Under the pieces are notes generated by a model. The model ran no database searches. It saw nothing but the letters and a program-made list of their open reading frames with translations, and had not been told where the DNA came from. From the NCBI GenBank assembly GCA_947626095.1, contig CANQQV010000008.1:11906-75905 (forward strand): DNA of 64,000 nucleotides, read 5' to 3'. The stretch is from an uncultured Bacilli bacterium. GTDB lineage: Bacteria; Bacillota_I; Bacilli_A; RF39; UBA660. Position numbers and translations under genes: made by a program. Each line of letters opens with the position of its first letter. Position 1 is the stretch's first letter. Below are positions 21,550 to 29,430 of the stretch, piece by piece.

Positions 21550-21745
21550 AAAATCACCCCTCATATATAATTATTATAGGTAACTAGTCGATTTCCTTTT
21601 TTTTTCGTGAATTTTTTGCAAAAAACTTCAAAATTCGTGAATATTTTATCACATTTTGGCATTTTTGAGCAAATAATCCTTTAAATTTTGGAAAATCAAT
21701 TAAAAAAAACTTTACTATTATCTAGTAAAGCTTAATTAATTATTT

Positions 21746-23266
21746 TTATCTTTTTATTTTCTTTAATATTAGAGTAAGAGCAAAGCCAGCAATTAATGGA
21801 TCATAACATACAATTCCGGTAATTGGGGGATTGATTTCATCAACTGTTGGTTCTGGTTCAGGTTCTGGAGTTGGTTCAGGTTCAGGCTCAGGTTCAGGTT
21901 CTGGTGTTGGTTCAGGTTCTGGCTCAGGTTCTGGCTCTTTATAATAGTTATATAATGTTCTTTTATGTTCTGAAGTTTCATCAACTATTTTTTCTTGATA
22001 ACTTTCAGCTAAAGTATAATCTTCATTTGTTGCGACTTGTTCAACGGTATAAGTACCATAACCTATAGTAATACTTGCATAACCTAAATTACTTGTTTCA
22101 ATGGTATCAACATTATTACCTAGTTTATCGATAATAGCAAAGGCTGCTCCTCTTTCGTAAGCACAAACATTACTTCGACAAGCGTACTTGATAATTTCGA
22201 TAGTATTTCTGATAAGAAGATTTTCTAAAGTAACTTTAGGATGTTCATTCTTCTTGTTTATGGTAACGTCATAGGTCTTAGTATCTTCTTTATAACCGAT
22301 ACCAAAACTAACTTGTTTAACAACATAATCACCATATGGTAAATCTAATGTTTTATATATCATTTCATCTTGAGCACAAACTTTTTCGACTAAGTCGCCG
22401 CTTTTGGTTCTTATTTCATAACAAGTATTCGAAAAATCACTTTCAACCGTATAAACTGAAGTATCTTTTTGGATATCTAGAGTTATATCACCTTTAGTAA
22501 CGTTAATATTGATAGTATAGGAATCATTATCAATATTACCTGGTTTTAATAAATCTTGGTTGGCAAGGCTATCATATATAGCGATTTTATTTTGATAGTG
22601 GTTACTTTTCTTTTTAAAAACAATACTGCCACTTTTAGTTACTTTACTTAAATGAAAGCCATTACTTAAGTCATTATCATAGCTATTGCTAACAATTTCA
22701 TAGTCATTACTATTTAAAGCATTAATATCTAAACTCTCATTTAAGTTAACAGTATAATCTTTAACAAATGATGGCTTTTTATCATGGTTTTCAACATCTT
22801 TTTCCAAAGCACTTATTTCGGTAGTAAATTTAGTAATACGATTTCCACCTTTAGTATCCGTAAAATAAATATCACTATCTGGTTCAACGGTTTGCCAGAT
22901 TAGAAATTGAGTAACAATATACCAATCACTACTAGTACGATTATTATAGCCATAACCATAATAAGCTAAAAGAGATATTCTTCTAATCTGAGCTTTATTT
23001 AGTCTAGTATAATTATTTACATCGCCTACTTCACTATATGAAGGATCGTCATCTACTAAATTAACATATGGCTCAAGGCAATAAACAATGTTTCCTTTAC
23101 TATCTTCGATATATTGACCGTAAAATGGATCATCCTTGCCATTATGAACACGACTAATATAAATATCCTCAATCAAGTCGGTGGCTCTAAAAGTTTCGGC
23201 GTTAACAATAATCCTAATGGAAATTAAAGATAAAAATAAAATAAATAAATTTAATATTTTTTTCAT
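21746..23266 (-). CDS. Thioester-domain (Cys-Gln) surface adhesin with SpaA-like stalk, PE repeats and sortase-like tail
   Basis: Signal peptide; YCLEP and TQFLIW motifs; GDYVVKQ/GTYTVEQ stalk domains; (EP)n repeat; NPPITG + hydrophobic helix + KKIKR. Confidence 0.8.
   Translation of the reverse strand: MKKILNLFILFLSLISIRIIVNAETFRATDLIEDIYISRVHNGKDDPFYGQYIEDSKGNIVYCLEPYVNLVDDDPSYSEVGDVNNYTRLNKAQIRRISLLAYYGYGYNNRTSSDWYIVTQFLIWQTVEPDSDIYFTDTKGGNRITKFTTEISALEKDVENHDKKPSFVKDYTVNLNESLDINALNSNDYEIVSNSYDNDLSNGFHLSKVTKSGSIVFKKKSNHYQNKIAIYDSLANQDLLKPGNIDNDSYTININVTKGDITLDIQKDTSVYTVESDFSNTCYEIRTKSGDLVEKVCAQDEMIYKTLDLPYGDYVVKQVSFGIGYKEDTKTYDVTINKKNEHPKVTLENLLIRNTIEIIKYACRSNVCAYERGAAFAIIDKLGNNVDTIETSNLGYASITIGYGTYTVEQVATNEDYTLAESYQEKIVDETSEHKRTLYNYYKEPEPEPEPEPTPEPEPEPEPEPTPEPEPEPTVDEINPPITGIVCYDPLIAGFALTLILKKIKR
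21846..21938 (-). repeat. Pro-Glu/Thr coding repeat (EPEPEPTP)
   Basis: Degenerate 6-nt ggttca/ggttct units within the adhesin gene. Confidence 0.85.
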
Positions 23267-23339
23267 TTAAAACCCTCCTTAATTATTTTGTGTTAATTAT
23301 TTTTTACCTCATAGCTAATCTACTCCCTTCACTCTAATT

Positions 23340-23372
23340 ATTCGCGATTGAAAGCTGATTTCCTTTTTTTTA
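23340..23372 (-). promoter_or_regulatory. Sigma-H-like promoter
   Basis: A-run-AGGAAAT-N14-GAAT on the minus strand upstream of the adhesin. Confidence 0.6.
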
Positions 23373-23392
23373 TTGAATATTTTTATAAATAA

Positions 23393-24709
23393 TTAGTTAT
23401 TTCTTAATTTTCTAACAGAAACAACACTTGCACCGATTGCACTTAATGCTAATCCCATATATACAAGACCTGCATCATATGTGTTTGGAGCTTGTTCTTC
23501 TGGTTTAGCAGCAGGTTTCTTATCATCTTCTGCTTTTGTTGAAACTACTACTTTGTAGTTACCTTCTTCTTTTACTGTGTAACCTTCTGCAACTAATTCT
23601 TCTGAAACATCTACAGTTCCATGATCGGAATTTTCGATTTTAGCAATAATATTATTTAAATATCTACCACCTGTTAAAATACCTTTAATTGTAGAAACTA
23701 CATGAGTTTCTTTAGTATCTTTGTCAGTTTCAGTATATGCACCAACTAAATTAATAGCAGCTTTAACATCTTTTCCACTATTGAAAGTACCATCAGTTAC
23801 TTTAACAATAGCTTTAGGATTAGCTAACCATAATGCATAACCAGTACCAGTAGCTTCTTTAGCAGTAATTGTTCCGCCATTTACAGTTAATTTAGTATCT
23901 TCTGTAGTACCATTAACGATAAGAGCAGCATTTGTTTTAGCAGTTAAACTACCACCATCAACAGTTAATTCAGCATTATTGACTCTTGCAACAGCAGCGG
24001 CACTTTCAATATTAGCATTAACATTAACTTTAACGCCATTAGTAATAGTTAAAGCTTCAGCAGCAGTAGTATAAGTACCTCTAACACTTACTGTAGATGC
24101 TGGATTTGTATTACTAACTGCATCACCAGTAGTAGCAACAGTTAATATAGTTTTTACATCATGTGTACCTGCTAATGTTGTAGTTGAGTTTGCTTTTGCA
24201 ACTGTTACTAAAGCACCAGCTTTTAAAGTAGTAACAACATCACTAGCTACATCTAAAGTACCAGCATTATTAACTAATGAATGAGCAAAAGTATTATTAT
24301 TTACTTTTAATGAAGCTAAATTTAATCTAGCACCTTTTTCAACTGTAAAAGTGTCGTTACCAGCACCAGAATACATAGCTACTTCACCATTCTTAACAGT
24401 TAAAGATGCATCAGCTTTTACTGTTATTCCAGCAGCAGCTGTACTACCAACTGTAAGTTTATGACTGTTTAAGTCAATAACTAAGTTTTCAGTAATGTTT
24501 CTAGTACCTGAATCTATACCTGTGTCAGCATAAAGTTTAAATGTACCACCGTCTCTGTAAGCAACTGTCCAAGCATCACCCATGTTCCTGAAACCAACAT
24601 TATTAACTTCAGCTACACATTCGCCAGTTTTAGCAGTCTTACCATCTGCAGGTAAATCACATTCTGCACTAACAGTAACTACTGATAGTAATATTGCACA
24701 TAGTGCAAA
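23393..24709 (-). pseudogene. Surface protein (beta-helix-like, sortase-like APNTYD tail) lacking its start codon and signal-peptide n-region
   Basis: Frame stays open upstream of the 24583 ATG as FALCAILLSVVTVSA-ECDLP.. up to a TAA at 24710-24712, with no in-frame start or RBS; C-terminal APNTYD + TM + RKLRNN. Confidence 0.6.
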
Positions 24710-24739
24710 TTAAGGATTAAAAAAAGAAGGATTAACCTT

Positions 24740-25588
24740 CTATAGTATTGGCATACTAAGTCGTTTAGATAATTCTTCTTTAGTCATTCCACTTGATATT
24801 AGTTTATTGATAATACTATTTATACCGTCTTGTTTACCTTTTTTAATGCCTTCTTTAATGCCATCTTCTTTTGCTTCTTTTAAATCAGCTTCTAATACAT
24901 CTTTTAAGTATTTTTCTTCTTCGTATTCTCTTTGCATAGCTTTATATTGATTTACGATTTTCTCCATGTCTTTCATAACACTCTCCCTTTCTTTATTTCC
25001 TTTAGCATATATCGCCATCTCTTTAAAACTACTTGCATCAAACATCACATAATCTAATTGTTTTTCCATATCTTGATTATAGCACAAGTTAGATAATATT
25101 GGTATATAAATATTAATTATCTTAATACTATCTAAATCTAGATTATTCTTTCTATCTTTCATTGTATACTCTGATACTCCTATCTCTTTCCTATCTTTAG
25201 AATAGAAGTTATTTAAGTTTACTTGAATAACTTTTATTTTATCGATATAACTTGTTTGATTATCTTTAGCATAGTATTCTCCGGCTATCTTATATAGATA
25301 TGATTCATTACGATTACTAAGTCCTTTATTATACTTAGGATTTAATTCAATATTAATCTTAATCTTTTTATCTGGTGATTCTAATAAGATATCAACTATA
25401 TTACCTTTACTATCTTTTCTTTTAATAGGAAGTTCATTAGGTATTAAGATAAAACTACTAATATCGAAGTTAACAATATTGCTAATAAGGCGATTAAAAT
25501 AGTTTCTTGTTCCTTTACTACCTATTAACCATAAAGATTTAAATAATTTATCATAGGTTAAAGGAACAAATGGGTTTTCTATTTTCAT
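24740..25588 (-). CDS. Rpn-family PD-(D/E)XK nuclease / putative transposase
   Basis: LTYDKLFKSL, VDILLE..INIELN, KVIQVNLNNF, C-terminal GIKEGIKKG repeat. Confidence 0.8.
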   Translation of the reverse strand: MKIENPFVPLTYDKLFKSLWLIGSKGTRNYFNRLISNIVNFDISSFILIPNELPIKRKDSKGNIVDILLESPDKKIKINIELNPKYNKGLSNRNESYLYKIAGEYYAKDNQTSYIDKIKVIQVNLNNFYSKDRKEIGVSEYTMKDRKNNLDLDSIKIINIYIPILSNLCYNQDMEKQLDYVMFDASSFKEMAIYAKGNKERESVMKDMEKIVNQYKAMQREYEEEKYLKDVLEADLKEAKEDGIKEGIKKGKQDGINSIINKLISSGMTKEELSKRLSMPIL

Positions 25589-25616
25589 AAGGTATATACC
25601 TCCTTTCACTATAATT

Positions 25617-25650
25617 ATTCGCTACTCGAAGCTTATTTCCTTTTTTTTCT
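25617..25650 (-). promoter_or_regulatory. Sigma-H-like promoter
   Basis: A-run-AGGAAAT-N14-GAAT upstream of the Rpn gene, same architecture as 23340-23372. Confidence 0.6.
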
Positions 25651-25688
25651 TGAAAGTTTTTATTTTATGGCATAAAAAAGAAGTATTA

Positions 25689-27431
25689 TTACTCTAATAC
25701 TCCTTTAATTCTTCTAACACCTGCAGATGATGCTTCTTCTTTGATGATTCTAAAATGACCTAATTCATTAGTGTTTTTAACATGTGGTCCACCACATAAT
25801 TCTTTAGAAATATCACCAATACTATAAACAGTTACTATATCAGGATATTTTTCAATAAACATACATTCAGCACCACTTTTAATAGCTTCTTCTTTAGGCA
25901 TTTCTTCAACTGTTACAGGGATTCCTTCACTTATCCATTCATTTACTAGGTCTTCTGCACGTTTCTTTTCTTCATCACTTAGTTTATGGTCACAACTAAA
26001 GTCAAATCTCATTCTTTCGTCAGTTATATTAGAACCTTTTTGATGTACATCAGGACCAACTACAACTTTTAGAGCAGCATTAAGTAAGTGCGTTGCCGTA
26101 TGATATCTAGTTTCTACTTCACTATTACCAGCTAAACCACCTTTGAATTTACCAGCAGAAGCAGTACGAGATTTTTCTTGATGTTCCATAAATTTAGCAC
26201 GATATCCTTCTTCATCAACTTTTAAGTTTCGTTCACTAGCTAGTTCAATAGTTAATTCCAATGGGAATCCATAAGTATCAAATAGATGGAAAGCTGTCTC
26301 ACCATCAATATCTTTATTATCTTTAGCTACTTTTTCAAATTCTCTTAAACCTTTTTCTAATGTACGACCAAATTTAACTTTTTCATTCTTTAATACTTCT
26401 AAAACAACATTATAGTTATCTTCTAATTCTTTATAGTATTTTTTATATTTATCTAGTAGTAATTTAGCTATTTGTTCTTCCCAATCACTATTAATATCAA
26501 TACCTAATGTTTTAGCATGACGAATAGCTCTTCTAATTAATCTTCTTAAGATATAACCTTGATCTGTATTAGATGGTTTAATACCAGCAGGATCAGCAGA
26601 AATAAAGACAGCAGTTCTTAAGTGGTCAGCGATAATTCGCATACTCTTTTCATGACCTTCATATGGAACATTAGCTATTTGACTAATTAGTTCGATAACA
26701 TCTTTCCAAATACTTGATAGGTAGTTATCATTAACACCTTCTAAAATAGCAGTAGTTCTTTCAACGCCCATACCGGTATCAACATTTTTCTTAGGTAGTT
26801 CAGTAACAACACCATTACTATCTTTATGATATTGCATGAAGACATTATTCCATATTTCTACCCATCTACTATCTTCAGGATCAAAATTCTTTGGTATTTC
26901 ATCATTACTTCTAAAATAGAAGATTTCGGTATCACCACCACATGGACCGGTTTCACCAGCTATCCAGAAGTTATCTTCGACGGTTTTAGCAATTCTTTCT
27001 TTAGGAATACCTAAACTTAACCATTTATTATAACTAACTTCATCAAATGGGATATCATCGTTACCAGCAAAGACAGTTACACCTAATCTTTCTACTGGAA
27101 TATTTAAATGTTCAGTTAAAAATTCAAAGCTCCAAGCAATACTTTCATCTTTAAAGTAATCACCTAAACTCCAGTTACCTAACATTTCAAAGAATGTATG
27201 GTGTGTAACGTCTCCAACGGAATCTAAGTCATTGGTTCTAACACATTTTTGGTAGTCAACTAATCTTGTACCATATGGATGTGGTTGACCCATTAAATAT
27301 GGGATTAGTGGTTGCATACCAGCAGTATTAAATAATACTGATGGATCATTTTCAGGTACTACTGGAGCACTAGGTATTTGTTTATGGCCTTTTTCAATAA
27401 AAAAATTAATATATAAATCTTTTAAATTCAT
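25689..27431 (-). CDS. alaS: Alanine--tRNA ligase, short form lacking C-Ala
   Basis: LFNTAGMQP, HHTFFEMLGNWS, VDTGMGVER, HTATH...ELCGGPH editing site; ends at AGVRRIKGVLE. Confidence 0.95.
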   Translation of the reverse strand: MNLKDLYINFFIEKGHKQIPSAPVVPENDPSVLFNTAGMQPLIPYLMGQPHPYGTRLVDYQKCVRTNDLDSVGDVTHHTFFEMLGNWSLGDYFKDESIAWSFEFLTEHLNIPVERLGVTVFAGNDDIPFDEVSYNKWLSLGIPKERIAKTVEDNFWIAGETGPCGGDTEIFYFRSNDEIPKNFDPEDSRWVEIWNNVFMQYHKDSNGVVTELPKKNVDTGMGVERTTAILEGVNDNYLSSIWKDVIELISQIANVPYEGHEKSMRIIADHLRTAVFISADPAGIKPSNTDQGYILRRLIRRAIRHAKTLGIDINSDWEEQIAKLLLDKYKKYYKELEDNYNVVLEVLKNEKVKFGRTLEKGLREFEKVAKDNKDIDGETAFHLFDTYGFPLELTIELASERNLKVDEEGYRAKFMEHQEKSRTASAGKFKGGLAGNSEVETRYHTATHLLNAALKVVVGPDVHQKGSNITDERMRFDFSCDHKLSDEEKKRAEDLVNEWISEGIPVTVEEMPKEEAIKSGAECMFIEKYPDIVTVYSIGDISKELCGGPHVKNTNELGHFRIIKEEASSAGVRRIKGVLE

Positions 27432-27432
27432 T

Positions 27433-27951
27433 TTACTTCATTCCTTCCAATATTTTATCAACATCTTTTGCTAAGTTTTCATCAAAAGAATTATTAATTA
27501 TATAATTAAATTTATCATAGTTATCTAGTTCTAATTCTGTATGATGTAGTTTTTCAGTGGCTGTTAAATTTCGTTTAAATTCTTGAGCATTAACACGAAT
27601 AGTTATTACTTCATAATTAGTATTTTGCGTAAAATACTCTAGTTCATGGACTAAGCGAACATCAGATATAACAATATTTTTGATTCCTACTTGTTCATAA
27701 ACTTTAATATCTTCTAATAAACGATTAGTCATAAAGTTTTCATCAACCGCTCGTAAGGTATCACCCATATTTTGTAAGAATTCACGTGGCTTGTTTTCGT
27801 CTTTGCCATCCCAATTAGATAGTTCTAAAGCAAATAGTTTAATGTATTTGCTAAAGCTTGTAATGACTGTATTAGATAATTTTTCTTTAATTAGACGAGC
27901 AACTTCGTTTTTACCACTACCAGCTTTACCAGCTATTAAAAATATTCTCAT
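27433..27951 (-). CDS. P-loop NMP-kinase-fold protein (dNMP kinase / phosphomevalonate kinase-like)
   Basis: IAGKAGSGK, REFLQNMGD.LR, VISDVR..HE, H.TELELD; ATG at 27951 behind GGAGG. Confidence 0.7.
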   Translation of the reverse strand: MRIFLIAGKAGSGKNEVARLIKEKLSNTVITSFSKYIKLFALELSNWDGKDENKPREFLQNMGDTLRAVDENFMTNRLLEDIKVYEQVGIKNIVISDVRLVHELEYFTQNTNYEVITIRVNAQEFKRNLTATEKLHHTELELDNYDKFNYIINNSFDENLAKDVDKILEGMK

Positions 27952-27965
27952 ATGACCTCCTTCAA

Positions 27966-28148
27966 AATAAAAAACCACATTACTTGCAAGGAGCAAATAA
28001 TGCGGTACCATCCTTTATTTTACTTAATTTATGATAACGGTCTCCCGTTTAATCTCCGAAGGTAGCTATTTCATTTAATCTTCTCTTAGTTTCCACCAAC
28101 CACTAAGTCTCTATAAGAATTTTAAATTACTTTGTCTTCATCAACGAT
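27966..28148 (-). promoter_or_regulatory. T-box riboswitch, Ala specifier GCU
   Basis: Minus strand: AGUA bulge, AGAGA, GGUUGGUGGAA loop, GAAAUA-GCU specifier, T-box AAGGAUGGUACCGC, terminator GCAUUAUUUGC..GCAAGUAAUGU + U-run. Confidence 0.9.
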
Positions 28149-28226
28149 TAATAACAAATTCAATAAATAAATTATATAAAACTATTTTTAAAATGTAAAG
28201 AATTATTGTGATATAGAAGATGAAGT

Positions 28227-29240
28227 TTATTGACATTTTGCAATTGAAGTTTTTAAGTGAATTAAACAAACTTTAATAATGGCAATAACGGGAGTGGCTA
28301 GAATCATACCAATAATACCAAAGAGGTTACTAAATAGAAGTAAACCGATAATAACGATGATAGGACTTATTTTAATGCTTTTACTCATGATAACTGGTTG
28401 TAAGATATAGTTTTCAATACTTTGAACAACAACGCAGATAATAATGGTGATAATGCCTAAGGTTTTACTTTCGGTAAAGCCAACACAGACAGCGATAATA
28501 CCACCGATATATGGACCAATATAAGGAATTAAATCAGTAAGACCACATAAGATACCTAAAAGTAAGGAAGCGTCTAGACCTACTAGCAAAAAAAGAATTG
28601 TATCCATTAGAAAGACACAAAAAGCAACAAATAAAGTGCCATTAACACATTTTCTAACTTCGATACTAACGTCTTTAGTTAAATTGGTAAAGACACATTG
28701 AAATTTACTAGGAATAAGGTTATTAAGATTTTGAATAATTTTTTCATAATCCATACTGATATAAAGGCCTAAGATTAAACCAATGATGGTAATACCTAGA
28801 TATTTAAAGAGATTTTTAACTAAATTAACTAAATATAAAGGAATTTTATCCAGTAAAAAGTTTAAAATTTTATCTAAATATGTTCGTAATCCTAAATTAT
28901 TTATTTTACTAACAAGAATTTTAAAAAATGATGGCAAGATAGTACTTAATTCACTTATTTCTTGATAGATAGTAGGAATTAGTAAATAAAAAAAGAAGAA
29001 GATAAGTAATATGATAGATAAGAATAAAGCGATACAAATGAAGTTACGTTTATGATTTTTACTTAATTTATTGATTAAAGGATTTAATAACCAGGCATAA
29101 ATAAAGCCAATAAATAAAGGAATTAAAAGACAGATAAGAGTTTTTAGTATAGGAATTATTTTTAAGTATTTAATGATAAAAAGGCTTAAGATAACTGCTA
29201 TTAAAAGTAAGACTAGTTCTTTAAGTTTGTCAATTTTCAT
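28227..29240 (-). CDS. AI-2E family transporter (YrrI-like)
   Basis: AWLLNPLI, LIPYIGPYIG, QSIENYILQP.IM. Confidence 0.9.
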   Translation of the reverse strand: MKIDKLKELVLLLIAVILSLFIIKYLKIIPILKTLICLLIPLFIGFIYAWLLNPLINKLSKNHKRNFICIALFLSIILLIFFFFYLLIPTIYQEISELSTILPSFFKILVSKINNLGLRTYLDKILNFLLDKIPLYLVNLVKNLFKYLGITIIGLILGLYISMDYEKIIQNLNNLIPSKFQCVFTNLTKDVSIEVRKCVNGTLFVAFCVFLMDTILFLLVGLDASLLLGILCGLTDLIPYIGPYIGGIIAVCVGFTESKTLGIITIIICVVVQSIENYILQPVIMSKSIKISPIIVIIGLLLFSNLFGIIGMILATPVIAIIKVCLIHLKTSIAKCQ

Positions 29241-29274
29241 ATATCACCTTGGAAAAAGGACCTAATAATAGGTC

Positions 29275-29418
29275 CTACATTTCATCTATGATACAACATG
29301 TGTCCATATTTTTCATTTTTTCTTTTAAACAACCAAGCATTAAGCCAGCCGCCATTGACACCATACTAGCGCCGACGATGACCATGATATTAGAGTTATC
29401 TTTTAACATTTTTTTCAT
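29275..29418 (-). CDS. 47-aa small membrane protein (YrzQ-like position), absent from ORF track
   Basis: GAGGTG RBS; MKKMLKDNSNIMVIVGASMVSMAAGLMLGCLKEKMKNMDTCCIIDEM; followed by terminator at ~29252-29278. Confidence 0.75.
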   Translation of the reverse strand: MKKMLKDNSNIMVIVGASMVSMAAGLMLGCLKEKMKNMDTCCIIDEM

Positions 29419-29430
29419 TTAATTTCACCT

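Noticed and set aside
21846-21938. Short repeats resembling an array
   Set aside because: In-frame Pro-Glu coding repeat with no spacers; not CRISPR
23304-23312. ATG-AGG-TAA mini-ORF behind a GGAG in the adhesin leader
   Set aside because: Too short to distinguish from chance; RBS spacing is marginal
27952-28011. N-terminal extension of the kinase ORF to 28011
   Set aside because: It overlaps the T-box terminator; the GGAGG-linked ATG at 27951 is the better start
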